This document shows, in pieces, positions 10,570 to 20,820 of a stretch of 64,000 nt of DNA. Numbering within the stretch: position 1 is the first letter of the stretch; each line of letters starts with the position of its first letter. The notes beneath the pieces were generated by a model, which made no database searches, was not told the DNA's origin, and worked only from the letters and a program-made list of their open reading frames with translations. The position numbers and the translations under genes were made by a program. The stretch covers positions 160,748-224,747 of IMG/VR virus record IMGVR_UViG_3300015261_000002; one strand, given 5' to 3'.

Positions 10570-11446
10570 AGTCGGCCTCGATCTCTGCAATGGTGTGGTC
10601 GTTGCGAATGATCTTGTCCTGGTAGATCTCGATACGGCGATCGAGGTCAGGGTCATTCGTGCCGTTGCGCTTGTTGATCGCCTGGGAGATCTTCATCGCA
10701 AAGTACTCGTTGTCACGACGCATCTTCTCGATACGCATGCCCTGAATCTTGCTCCAGCCCAGACCCCACCAGAACATCGGGTTAACCAGGTGAACACCGA
10801 AACCCTTGTTCAGCAGGTCGACTTGCGTCTTGCCGCCGGTGCTTTCCATAACGTCCAGGGACGTCTGGGTGATTTCGATGTCCGGCAGGTTGTTCATGTT
10901 CTTCATGATCAACGACGCGCCGCGCAGCAGGTCAACGGTGAAGTTGTTGTAGAACAGCGCAGTGCCGTTGATGAACTTCATGTCGATCGGTTGCAGGTAA
11001 CGCTCCGGCTCAACACCCTGGTTGTTCATGGTCAACAGTACGTCGTAGATCATGCGGGTGTAACGCAGCCAGAAGTTCAGGTACTCGATGACGTTCAGCA
11101 GGTTCGCTTGCTTGACGGTCATCAGCTTACCGTCCCACAGGCTTTCCTTGTAGCTGTTGACCGCTTTGGTCAGCTCGGTGGTCAGTGCATCGAGAGCGCC
11201 GAGACCGTGCTTGTTGATACCGACCAGATCGCCACCACGGAAGCCAGCGGAGTTGACCGCCTTCTTCAGGGAGCGGGTGATGACCCAATGCTCAGCCTGA
11301 TCGCTCAGGTCGATATCGTTCATCTCGATGTTTTCCAGACCTGCCTTCAGGTCTTCACCGGCTACCTTGATGCTCAGGATAGCAGACAGGATTTCGTTCT
11401 TCTTTACCGCTTTGACTTTCCCGATGTAGGAGAAAATATCCATCAC
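10562..11446 (-). CDS. Virion structural protein (294 aa)
   Basis: Coupled ORF in the head operon; phiKZ gp89-90 region by synteny (inference). Confidence 0.5.
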   Translation of the reverse strand: MMDIFSYIGKVKAVKKNEILSAILSIKVAGEDLKAGLENIEMNDIDLSDQAEHWVITRSLKKAVNSAGFRGGDLVGINKHGLGALDALTTELTKAVNSYKESLWDGKLMTVKQANLLNVIEYLNFWLRYTRMIYDVLLTMNNQGVEPERYLQPIDMKFINGTALFYNNFTVDLLRGASLIMKNMNNLPDIEITQTSLDVMESTGGKTQVDLLNKGFGVHLVNPMFWWGLGWSKIQGMRIEKMRRDNEYFAMKISQAINKRNGTNDPDLDRRIEIYQDKIIRNDHTIAEIEADYA

Positions 11447-12540
11447 ATGCCTCCGTTCAGCAACTTGACCAGGTCCGCCAGGGTGTTGGAGCCCGAATCT
11501 TTCTTCGATTTGATGGCGATATCCTTGCGGGTGTAAATTTCCGGCATATCGCTGCCATGGGTGTAGAAGGTGTAGATACCGCGATCTTCGTTGCAGACCA
11601 CGATGGTGTTTGCCACCACAGCCTTGAAGATACCTTCACGCGACTTTGGATCACGGAAGCGTTTACCGATGTCCAGTTCCAGCTGGGTAGCTGCTTCCTG
11701 GGAGATGATGAACGAGTTGGCCATGCTGTTGAAGCTGACCACGCCGGTACGCACAGCAGTGAGCTTGTTACCGGTTTCACGACGCAGGGCTTCTTTGTAG
11801 TAGCCCGACATCTCTTCGTTCTTGATGTTGAAGCGTTCCTTGATGATGTCCTTGCCGCTGAGGAACTCAGGGTAGGTGATCTCACGGGTCTTGGCCATGG
11901 TCAAGCGAGCAAAGAAGCCCTCTTCGATCTTGGCAGCAGAGAAGGTACGCTTGAGGTCCTTCGTGGACATCGGCACCGGGATCTGACGGAAGGTCAGTGG
12001 GAAGTCGATCTTGCCACCACGTTCGGTGTGCAGGGTAGCGTTAACCACCTTACCGATCGCGAGCGGGGTGTACTCTTGCAGGTCGGGCATGGTTTTGCCG
12101 CCGACTTGAACGTAGTCCTGCTCGGGGTTTTTCTTTGCTTCGTTCGGGATGTTGTCGTCGAAAGCTTCGCAGCCTTGGATCGACATCATGCCGGCACGGT
12201 TCGGGTTGATGGAACCGATAATGTCCTTGATCTGCACGCCCATCGACACGGTGCCTTCCAGCGCCAGGTGAGTCAGGGTGGCGACCACGTCACGCATCAT
12301 GACGATTTGCATGAGGTCGGACATGAATTCCTGGTGCAGAAGGGACTGTTCAACGCCGACCATTGGCGCAATGATCGCGCGGTTTGCGCTCTGATGCACC
12401 GATGTGGTCGAGACCACATTGTATGAACGTTGAACCTGGCCCGCCACTTTGGCGGCGGAGTTTATGTCTTTGCTATCGGGATAAAACTTACTTGCAATGT
12501 CCAGCAGGTAAGACCCCAGCCCTAATACGTTACCAATCAT
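11443..12540 (-). CDS. Virion structural (head) protein (365 aa)
   Basis: First gene of the leftward operon; contains an IQGCE-AF site. Confidence 0.55.
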   Translation of the reverse strand: MIGNVLGLGSYLLDIASKFYPDSKDINSAAKVAGQVQRSYNVVSTTSVHQSANRAIIAPMVGVEQSLLHQEFMSDLMQIVMMRDVVATLTHLALEGTVSMGVQIKDIIGSINPNRAGMMSIQGCEAFDDNIPNEAKKNPEQDYVQVGGKTMPDLQEYTPLAIGKVVNATLHTERGGKIDFPLTFRQIPVPMSTKDLKRTFSAAKIEEGFFARLTMAKTREITYPEFLSGKDIIKERFNIKNEEMSGYYKEALRRETGNKLTAVRTGVVSFNSMANSFIISQEAATQLELDIGKRFRDPKSREGIFKAVVANTIVVCNEDRGIYTFYTHGSDMPEIYTRKDIAIKSKKDSGSNTLADLVKLLNGGM

Positions 12541-12573
12541 TTTTAATTACCTTCATTAATGGGAGCCAGAGAA

Positions 12574-13650
12574 ATGGCGGATGATCCTAATCTGTATAGC
12601 GGGTGGTACGACAAGACCCCAGGGAATGAAGAACCCAAAGGCGATCTGACCAGTCAGACGTTTGACGACTGGCTTGAATACGCGTTTCGAGAAAACGGCG
12701 GACCGGGTTACTCGAGCGCACTGATCAGCATGCTGAAAGGGGTACGAATTCTAGGCCCTGGGAACCAGTTGGCTCCCATCCCCGACGACACCATAGGATT
12801 AGTCTTTATTAACCGGCCGTTGTTGAACTTATCCGACGAAAACGTTGTAAAACATCCTCAAATGTTGCCGCTTTACAACCCAACTCGAAATACCCTGCAA
12901 CATTACGTGAAGGGGTTACTCGATCCGGTGTGGGGAAGAGCGAACAGTGGTAACAGCGAAATGCTCGATCCGTTGTATCCCTGGATGGGTTGTTTGACAA
13001 ACCTGTGCAAGGTGTCCTCGGGCTTTCCTGACGTCAACATGCCTGTCGAGAAATCGACCCCCGGTATTCGTAAAGAAGTCTATCAGTACCCCAACGGGAT
13101 CCTGAAGGTGAACTACGACTACGACATGCGACTCACCTTTCACAACCCCAAGCCTAACGTGGTGCCGTTTATCTTCGACGTGATCAACCACTACATCGAA
13201 GGGGTGACGTTGGGTGACGAAGGTATGGAACCCTACCCGGAAGCGCTGATCCAGAACTACCGCGATTATGATGTGCGCATCTATCACATCATCATGAACA
13301 AGAACATGCGCAGTATTGAAGGGATCTACTGCAACGGCTACTCCTGGCCTAACACTTATCCGTCGGGTGCTTTCAGTACCATCGACCGTACGCAGAACAG
13401 TTTGCGTGGCCAGGGGCAGGATGAAGTAGAGATCAACTTCCCGAGTGTTATCTTCCGCTATAACAATTTGCGTCTTGCGGACATGTTTAACCGCACGACG
13501 CTGTTCTTCAATCCAAACATGAACCCTCGTGTTCGCGAGAACAACTATCGCAAGTTGAAATTCAGTGAGTACTACGCGGCTAACTATGCGTTGTGCTATC
13601 CATGGATTAACGTGAACTCGATGGAAATGGAATACTGGGGTGCTAAGTAA
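12574..13650 (+). CDS. Virion structural protein, possibly tail-tube/baseplate fold
   Basis: ATG 12574 after GGGAG; beta-rich; directly upstream of the baseplate-wedge-like gene. Confidence 0.45.
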   Translation: MADDPNLYSGWYDKTPGNEEPKGDLTSQTFDDWLEYAFRENGGPGYSSALISMLKGVRILGPGNQLAPIPDDTIGLVFINRPLLNLSDENVVKHPQMLPLYNPTRNTLQHYVKGLLDPVWGRANSGNSEMLDPLYPWMGCLTNLCKVSSGFPDVNMPVEKSTPGIRKEVYQYPNGILKVNYDYDMRLTFHNPKPNVVPFIFDVINHYIEGVTLGDEGMEPYPEALIQNYRDYDVRIYHIIMNKNMRSIEGIYCNGYSWPNTYPSGAFSTIDRTQNSLRGQGQDEVEINFPSVIFRYNNLRLADMFNRTTLFFNPNMNPRVRENNYRKLKFSEYYAANYALCYPWINVNSMEMEYWGAK

Positions 13651-16581
13651 ATGGCCGACATTACACAACGAGAACTGATCGCACTGGCCAACAACCCTAT
13701 TCGTGGGGTCAACCGTGTGATCAACCAGATCGAAGAGAACTACTTCGGTCGATCGGTAAAACTGAACAGCAAGAGCCACCCGTTTGTCTTTGGTACCGAC
13801 ATCATCCTCGGAACCGCCCACGGTATCTTGAACCGTGTTGACGATGCGGTGGCTAAACTGTTCCCCGCTCATGCACGCAGTACTGCTGATCTCAGCCGGC
13901 ACATGTCGGAAGAAGAGCAGGTCGGGATGTTTGGTACCCCGGCGATCATGGACCTGCAATACGCGATCAACACCGACGTCTACATGTCGTTGGCAAAAGA
14001 CGTAACGATCACCCTCGGCAAAAGTACCTTCACGTACAAAATGCTGTTGCTGCCGAAGGACACCGAACTGACCTTTGGTGGTTACACCTTTGCGATCGAG
14101 AACGGTATTGAAATCCGTTACAGCGAGCAGACGGGCTACCAGGTCGTCTACGATGACAGCACGAACAATCCGCTGAACCCGATCTCGAACAACCTCCTGA
14201 AGCGAGTGGTGACCCCTAACGGTTACCTGACGATCGTTATCCCGTGCCGTCAGTTGATGTGCCAGCCTACCGAGAATCTGACGTCGAACATCAGCTCGGG
14301 TTGTGCCGGTGATATCGACTTCATTGACTATCTGTTTGCCGTTCGTGCATTCCAGACGGTCAATGGCATCAAGACGGAAATCCCGGTTACCTACAACCAG
14401 GATGTCTTCGACCCTAACACGGTCACCATGGCATTGAGCCTGGATGTCAGCAACCAGCGGTTCAATTACCGTATCCCGGATGTCTACATTGCCAACGGCC
14501 TGGGCATCGGTTCGATCGACATCTATACCTACACGACGAAGGGTGAACTGTCGAAAGACTTTACCCAGACTGCGTTGCCGGATGTTGGGGTTAACTACCA
14601 GGACTATCGTTTTGGTGCAGGTACCCTCGGTCCGTTCTCTAACGCACTGAAGTCGTCAGGCGGTATGGCATGGCGGGCAATGACGCCGACGTCGGGTGGT
14701 AGCAATGCCATTCCTTTTGCTCAGATGAAGGCTTCCTTTATCATGGGTCGTCGTCAGCGCAATCTGCCGATCACCGAAAACAACCTGGTGGGTACCGTGG
14801 AGAACTACGGCTACAACTCGGTTAAGGCGATCGACTACATGACGAAGCGTAGCTACTCGTTGACCAAGGAACTTCGGATCCAGGACAACAAGAAGCTGTT
14901 TGCTCCCATGGGTTGCTTTGTTGGCAGTTACCTGGCATCGGTTAACAGTCTCATTGGTAGCGGTGTGGTGATCGACAATGGTCAGCGTATTACCATCCCG
15001 CACAACGTGCTGTTTGATATCAGCCAGCCAACTACGGTCCTGATCAACCAGGTCACGAAGAACAACTACGAAGCCAGAAGCAACGAAGCCAAGGTAGACC
15101 TGGTAGCGTCGACGACTCTCGTCTATACACCGTTCTACTACGTTATGGACCTGACGAACAACCAGGCTGTGTTGCGTACCTACCACCTCGACCAACCTAA
15201 GTTCCAAAGCCAGACGTTTAAGGCTGAGAACAGCTTGCTGGGTATCGACGTGGGTGTGGGCTCTGTGGCCATCGAGCAGAATGACTCGGGTTACCTGATC
15301 ACGATTGTGACGGCATCGGGTAAGAGCTATAAGGAACTGGACGACTCCACGTTGGGCCTCCAGCTCTCTGTACAGCCTGAAGACACAAACAGCCTGGCCA
15401 GTATTGCAGCCACCCTGTACGGCCTCACAGAAGACGGTGAACGTATCTGGCAGTTCGCACTCGACAGTCGTTTCGATGTTGATGTGAATGACGTGATGTA
15501 CTTCACAAACTTCGTGCAGTTCGGTAACACCCAACCGACCACCGGCGTTCCACTGGATCTGACGATGACGTTTATCTTCACCTTCCAAGGCGATAAGGCT
15601 AACACAGCGACCGACTCGGATGACAAGATTGACCAAAGTCTGTTCCCAGTGCCGATGGTGGCTATCATCGAAACTCAGTACAGTGTTGTGTTGGGCAAGA
15701 AGATGGGTAACCTGTACAGCCGTATCCGTCCTCTCGTAGGCGAAGCGCAGTACAAGAAGTATGGCGTCGACGTTCCGCTTGTGTATCAGGAAACGATCTA
15801 CAAGCGTGACGAGAATAAAGAGATCATCTTTATCGATGGTGTTGCTCAAGTTGAGCACGAAGTGGGTGAGGTCATGTACGACAAGAACGTACCGCCTCGC
15901 ATCATGCTGGAATACACCAAAGACGACTACATGCTTGATGGTGAAGGCAACTACATCGAAGTGGCTCCTCGTGAGAAACTCTATCACTGGGACTTCATCG
16001 GTTTCGACGGTGCGTACTTCTTCAGTCATGATGCCTATGACATGCAGTTTGCCCAAGAGACCAAGGACTACTTCGTTGATGTCATCAGTCAGGACATGGC
16101 TTACTTTGCATCGTCCTCGCTTGATCAGACTAGCCTGGTCTACCAACCGCGCAACAAGCTGGGCTACCAGAAGGTGGTCGTCAACAGCAACTACACCTCG
16201 TACCTCCGTCAGGATCTGAGCTTTGTGGTCACCTACTACCTCACGTCAGCGGGTATGAAGAACCAGAGCCTGAAGAGTTCCCTGGAAGCCAGTACTCCAC
16301 GGACACTCAACGAAGGGTTGTTTGGAGCGACAACCTTCAGTGCCAACGACTTGGCGTTCCAATTGAAGGACGGTACCTCCCGAGAAGTGGTTGCGGTTAA
16401 ACTGAGTGCCATCGCAGGTGACAGTACTGTGGATGTCATCAGTAACGCTGACTCCCTGACGGGCTTCAGTGTTCGTAAACTGTTGCAGGTGAGTTCGGAC
16501 GGCTTGCTGTCGATCAAGGAAGACATCGACATCGTGTTCTTGCCGCATGACGTTTCCATGGTCAACATGGGTCCGGTGTAA
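13651..16581 (+). CDS. Large virion protein, putative baseplate wedge (T4 gp6/baseplate-J-like)
   Basis: 976 aa and beta-rich. TSGGSNAIPFAQMK resembles the GG-x-D/N-x-E motif of baseplate J/gp6 proteins (weak inference). Confidence 0.5.
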   Translation: MADITQRELIALANNPIRGVNRVINQIEENYFGRSVKLNSKSHPFVFGTDIILGTAHGILNRVDDAVAKLFPAHARSTADLSRHMSEEEQVGMFGTPAIMDLQYAINTDVYMSLAKDVTITLGKSTFTYKMLLLPKDTELTFGGYTFAIENGIEIRYSEQTGYQVVYDDSTNNPLNPISNNLLKRVVTPNGYLTIVIPCRQLMCQPTENLTSNISSGCAGDIDFIDYLFAVRAFQTVNGIKTEIPVTYNQDVFDPNTVTMALSLDVSNQRFNYRIPDVYIANGLGIGSIDIYTYTTKGELSKDFTQTALPDVGVNYQDYRFGAGTLGPFSNALKSSGGMAWRAMTPTSGGSNAIPFAQMKASFIMGRRQRNLPITENNLVGTVENYGYNSVKAIDYMTKRSYSLTKELRIQDNKKLFAPMGCFVGSYLASVNSLIGSGVVIDNGQRITIPHNVLFDISQPTTVLINQVTKNNYEARSNEAKVDLVASTTLVYTPFYYVMDLTNNQAVLRTYHLDQPKFQSQTFKAENSLLGIDVGVGSVAIEQNDSGYLITIVTASGKSYKELDDSTLGLQLSVQPEDTNSLASIAATLYGLTEDGERIWQFALDSRFDVDVNDVMYFTNFVQFGNTQPTTGVPLDLTMTFIFTFQGDKANTATDSDDKIDQSLFPVPMVAIIETQYSVVLGKKMGNLYSRIRPLVGEAQYKKYGVDVPLVYQETIYKRDENKEIIFIDGVAQVEHEVGEVMYDKNVPPRIMLEYTKDDYMLDGEGNYIEVAPREKLYHWDFIGFDGAYFFSHDAYDMQFAQETKDYFVDVISQDMAYFASSSLDQTSLVYQPRNKLGYQKVVVNSNYTSYLRQDLSFVVTYYLTSAGMKNQSLKSSLEASTPRTLNEGLFGATTFSANDLAFQLKDGTSREVVAVKLSAIAGDSTVDVISNADSLTGFSVRKLLQVSSDGLLSIKEDIDIVFLPHDVSMVNMGPV

Positions 16582-16598
16582 AGCAGCTATAAACCATG

Positions 16599-16632
16599 CC
16601 TACCCTACCTCCCGCAAAGGAGGTAGGGTAGG
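16599..16632. terminator. Bidirectional 14-bp hairpin between convergent genes
   Basis: cctaccctacctcc-cgcaaa-ggaggtagggtagg, flanked by TTATAGCTGCT on the minus strand and TTATGGC on the plus strand. Confidence 0.75.
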
Positions 16633-16648
16633 TTATGGCCGGTACAAC

Positions 16649-17407
16649 TTATTCCGCAGGCTGTTCCATCGGAGTCCCTGGGTACTTCAGGTTCAGGTAT
16701 TCCGCAAACATGAACGGCAGCTTCAACTTGTTGCACATGTCGCTCGTGCGCCAAGAGAAGTCCTTCAGACTGTAACCCGTCAACTTCAGGTCAGGCTTGA
16801 AGGTACCTTCCAGATAGCTGGAGTGCGCCTTAGCCATGATGTCCTTGAACTCGTTAACAAAGAGGTAGTCCCCGTTGATGACGATATCCGGAACACGGTT
16901 GAGTTGATCCCACGAGGTGAGCGAACCGTCTTTCAACTTCTGCTCAGCTTCGTAGAAGTAGTCGCCGGTGTACGCGGTGTATTTCAACACCTCGCAACGG
17001 AACTCGTTCAGACGTTCCTGGCTCTCCACCGTGAAGTCAGCTGCGAGCAGCTCTTTCATTGTGGTGTTGACGACCTGGTCGATGTAGGCGTAAATGACCT
17101 CGAAGTACTCGCGGGTTTCTTTCAGCTCGCCCAGTTGCTTGCGTGCTTCTTCAACGGGCAGGCCTGCATACAGCACAACAGACTTGTTCGTTTCAGGAAA
17201 GCATTCGGACAACTGAACAATCAGCGAGTTAGCCCGAGAGCTACTACCCCAGATACCGCGGATGATCTTTGTAGCGACCGGCAGTGGAAGACCTTCGTCT
17301 TCCATCGCGGTGATCAGGGATTCGAGTTCGTCGATGTACGTCTGAGTCGTGACATCAGCCACACCCTTCAGTTTGACGATCTCTTCCCACATGGCTGCTC
17401 GGCTCAT
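16649..17407 (-). CDS. Hypothetical protein (252 aa)
   Basis: ATGA-coupled to the upstream gene. Confidence 0.55.
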   Translation of the reverse strand: MSRAAMWEEIVKLKGVADVTTQTYIDELESLITAMEDEGLPLPVATKIIRGIWGSSSRANSLIVQLSECFPETNKSVVLYAGLPVEEARKQLGELKETREYFEVIYAYIDQVVNTTMKELLAADFTVESQERLNEFRCEVLKYTAYTGDYFYEAEQKLKDGSLTSWDQLNRVPDIVINGDYLFVNEFKDIMAKAHSSYLEGTFKPDLKLTGYSLKDFSWRTSDMCNKLKLPFMFAEYLNLKYPGTPMEQPAE

Positions 17408-18918
17408 AGCAATTTACCTGCTCCGATTTGCTTGGTGAAGTTGTTGAGGTTGGTCTTAACCCCACCAATATCACTTTGGATGGCGAAGTTCACGTTGGCG
17501 GTCAACTTCTCGCCAAACGTTTTTGCATCGGCATCCTTGATGAACACACGACCTTCGATGATCGGGCTCAGACCGCGAGAGCGTGCCTCAGCAACGATCT
17601 TCTCGACCGCCTCGATATCGCCGACCACACCACTGTAGTAGTAGGCATGGATGCGACCGTACCATTCAACCAGGCTGACGATCTGCCGTTCAACGCGGAG
17701 AACTTCCTTGTTGATGGAGTAGCACATCTGGCTGAAGTTACGGCAAGCGACGCTCAACATCTGGTAGTCGGATAGCAGTTGCGGTGCGTTGTAGTAGGTC
17801 GCCATCGCGCTGATCTTTTCAGAGTCAGACTTGTCGATGATCTCGCCTAGTGCTTTCCAGTTGACTTTCGAGATATCAACCTCGTCGTCCACCAGTTCCT
17901 GGTAACGCACGTTCAGACGCTGGATCTCGAGCAGGGTAGCGGACACATCCACACCGGCTACAGTCGAAGCACTTGCCACAACTTCGGTCTTCAGGCGGTT
18001 CTGTACCTGGTCAAACTTGTTGGCCAGTTCTTCGTTCGAGAAGTCAAGGCTATACAGATCCTTGTACAGTTTGCTCATGAGACCAGAGATCTCTTCAACG
18101 CCAAAGGTCAGCAGCGTTTCGTTCATTGCCTTGGTGATAACAATCACTTCGGTAGACGATTCACCGGCGACGTGGTTACCCGACTTGTGACGCACACGAG
18201 AACGGTTGTACTCGTCGAGGATCACTTTCTTCAGACGCTTCTGAGCGATCGTAACCTTGTCAGTGGCCTGCTTGATCTTCACGTTCAGCTGCTGGATCAA
18301 CGGAACACTGGCCGCCAGCTTCTTCACTTGATCGATATCGCTATCGAGCTTGTTCTTCAGCAGGTGGATCTGTGCAACACGATCCTTGTCCTTTGGCAGG
18401 CTGCCGAGGAACTTCTCGACGTTGTACTCAGCGACGTTGAAGCCAAAGCTGATCAGCGTGTCTTCGAACTCTTTCTTCAGATCGCCGAGGCTGTCATTGA
18501 TGGCTTTGGTGATCCGTTCCGACTTGCGGAAACCGAAGATCCCTTTAACCATGTCGACAACCCAGTCGATGGCCATGCGGATGTAACGAATGATGGTTTC
18601 GATGAAGTCTTTGAAACCGGTGTAGACCGCACTGAAGAAGCCTTCAGCGCCCATGCGAGCGTTGCGCTCCGAAGGGAACGGGTCATAGTTCTCGACGCCT
18701 TTGAGTTTGAGGTGGCGGGCAACCTGCTTGGAGAAACGACCGAGGCTCAGTTGTTCGGAACCCATCACCATAACGGTGGCGTTGTTCTGTTCACTGACCT
18801 GGTAGTATTCAGTCAGGTCGATACGTTGTTTGTTTTCGCCAGGCTGATACGAATCAACCGGCTCCGCATTACCGTACTGCTGGTAATCGTCAATCTTGGT
18901 AGTGGCGGAGTCACTCAC
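17404..18918 (-). CDS. Internal head protein paralog (504 aa)
   Basis: RMGAE-GFFSAVYTGFKDFIETIIRYI: cleavage site plus amphipathic helix, then coiled coil. Confidence 0.6.
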   Translation of the reverse strand: MSDSATTKIDDYQQYGNAEPVDSYQPGENKQRIDLTEYYQVSEQNNATVMVMGSEQLSLGRFSKQVARHLKLKGVENYDPFPSERNARMGAEGFFSAVYTGFKDFIETIIRYIRMAIDWVVDMVKGIFGFRKSERITKAINDSLGDLKKEFEDTLISFGFNVAEYNVEKFLGSLPKDKDRVAQIHLLKNKLDSDIDQVKKLAASVPLIQQLNVKIKQATDKVTIAQKRLKKVILDEYNRSRVRHKSGNHVAGESSTEVIVITKAMNETLLTFGVEEISGLMSKLYKDLYSLDFSNEELANKFDQVQNRLKTEVVASASTVAGVDVSATLLEIQRLNVRYQELVDDEVDISKVNWKALGEIIDKSDSEKISAMATYYNAPQLLSDYQMLSVACRNFSQMCYSINKEVLRVERQIVSLVEWYGRIHAYYYSGVVGDIEAVEKIVAEARSRGLSPIIEGRVFIKDADAKTFGEKLTANVNFAIQSDIGGVKTNLNNFTKQIGAGKLL

Positions 18919-19306
18919 GGCCGGCCTCCAGTTCTTTTACCAGGTAGTCGGTCAGAACGGAGCAGGCCGGCAGCTCGCCAACGTCCACGTCATTCACGAT
19001 GGTGGTGAACTCTTTCTTGCACGGCAGGGTGCCGGTGTTCATCATCACACCGTTCAGCATGCCGATGCGCACTTGAGCGGTCTTGTGGATCAGCGGGGCT
19101 GGGATAGGGGATACCTTGTTCCACTTGTCGAGCATGGCCCAGGCTTTCTCATCCATCTCGGTGGTCCAACCGCCCAGACGGTACGAACGACGGATCAGGG
19201 CACGGGCGAACGGTTCGGCCAGCAGCTTGCTCTGCTCGATGGGACAGGTGATACCTTTTTCGGTCAGGGCTTTCTTGAATTCAACAACATGGATCAAATG
19301 CGACAT
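18911..19306 (-). CDS. Hypothetical protein (131 aa)
   Basis: Coupled ORF in the same operon. Confidence 0.5.
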   Translation of the reverse strand: MSHLIHVVEFKKALTEKGITCPIEQSKLLAEPFARALIRRSYRLGGWTTEMDEKAWAMLDKWNKVSPIPAPLIHKTAQVRIGMLNGVMMNTGTLPCKKEFTTIVNDVDVGELPACSVLTDYLVKELEAGRE

Positions 19307-19333
19307 GGTAGAGTTCCTTGCAAGGGGAGAGGG

Positions 19334-20737
19334 TTAGAATTCGTACGTCTTGTTTTCTTCTGGACTCTTGTCCGTTCCGTCACGACGCGCTTTCAGGTTG
19401 GCCAGTTTTACAGCAATGGTGTTCACCTCGTGGTTGGCGACCACAGAAGTGTAATGTTCAACTTCTTGGGCTTTAAAGTCAGACTGACTGAACACCCAAC
19501 CCATGAAGCGGTGGATCACGGTACTCTCATACCAAGGACGCAGGTCTTTCGCATGGTTCAGCAGTTGCTGCACTTCATCTGCCAGGGCATTCTTTTCAGA
19601 GGCCGGCATCTTCGTGTCCTCTTTCAGCTTTTGGATCAGCTGACGGACAGCATCTTCAAACCGACGGTGGTCAGCGTTATAGACGCCCGAGTAACCTTTG
19701 CTGAAGTAGTTCAGAACAAAGATAAACATATAGAAGACCATGGCCATGAACAAAGCACCGGCGACGCCGATAGAGATCGTTACCGAGAGCCAGGCAGGCA
19801 ATGCAATGATCGTGGTCACTGCGGCAATCATCAGGCTGTTGACAACCGTTTGGATGCAACCCTGGTCAGTCAGGATGCCGATCGCTGCGATAATGCCCTT
19901 GTCACAGCCCATGCGGATGGCGTACATGTCAGCCACAACTTCGGACGACATCGACTCAACCCCTACCGACAAACTGCGTCGCATATTACGTTGGGCGATT
20001 AATTTATCGAAGTAGAGGAAGACAGTCTTGTCATCCTGTTCTTGGGCGAGCATTTGCAGCTCACCTTGTTTGGCCGCTGGAACATCCAGCAGAGAAGCAA
20101 CATCCTTGAGCACTACAACGCGATCTGAGACGTCTTTAGCCTCGCGATAGTAGAGCAGGGCGCTCTTCAGGTAGAGGTTGTCAGACGCGACTGTGAGCAG
20201 CATCATGCAACCGCTGAACACATGACCGAGTTCGTGGGCGATCGCACCTGCCAGGATACCCGGCAACGGTACGCCAAACTTCTTCACCTTATCGGCTGGG
20301 AAGGTAGCGTTCAGGTCAGGGTTGATCTGGAAGGTCACGGGTACGGTTTGGAAGGAACCGAGGACCTTACCACTGGTGTAATCGATGCCACCTTTAAACA
20401 CCTTGTCCTTGTTCTGGGTAAACCAGCGGTACAGGGTGGTTTGAGTTGGCTTCAGCAGGTCGTCTACCAGTGCGTTGTTCAGCACATGGTTGGGGGAGAA
20501 GTAACCGGCGTCAACAGACAGGTTTCCGCTCTTGGAGAACTTCATGTCCACGTTCTTGAAACCCGTGAACTCCTCGATGAGGTCTTTGATGCCTGGGATG
20601 GCTTCTTTACTCAGAACACCGTCGGGACCAATCTGACTTTCGAGGTACAGCGACAGCTTGCGGTAGAAGTCAGTGGACTGGAAGTTAATGAACTCCAACC
20701 CTCCGACGGGTCGTTTCAAAAAATCCATCGAGATCAT
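19334..20737 (-). CDS. Membrane zinc-metalloprotease-like virion-block protein (M48-like)
   Basis: AIAHELGH (HEXXH) plus SEVVADMYA (E-x-x-A-D third ligand motif) and a long hydrophobic segment LMIAAV...FVLNYF. Confidence 0.55.
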   Translation of the reverse strand: MISMDFLKRPVGGLEFINFQSTDFYRKLSLYLESQIGPDGVLSKEAIPGIKDLIEEFTGFKNVDMKFSKSGNLSVDAGYFSPNHVLNNALVDDLLKPTQTTLYRWFTQNKDKVFKGGIDYTSGKVLGSFQTVPVTFQINPDLNATFPADKVKKFGVPLPGILAGAIAHELGHVFSGCMMLLTVASDNLYLKSALLYYREAKDVSDRVVVLKDVASLLDVPAAKQGELQMLAQEQDDKTVFLYFDKLIAQRNMRRSLSVGVESMSSEVVADMYAIRMGCDKGIIAAIGILTDQGCIQTVVNSLMIAAVTTIIALPAWLSVTISIGVAGALFMAMVFYMFIFVLNYFSKGYSGVYNADHRRFEDAVRQLIQKLKEDTKMPASEKNALADEVQQLLNHAKDLRPWYESTVIHRFMGWVFSQSDFKAQEVEHYTSVVANHEVNTIAVKLANLKARRDGTDKSPEENKTYEF

Positions 20738-20820
20738 GCACCTGTACTCCTCAAAGATATTTATTACTGGGACGCCATTGGTATAGCGCTAAAAGCGGGC
20801 ATAAAATGCAGGATAAACCC

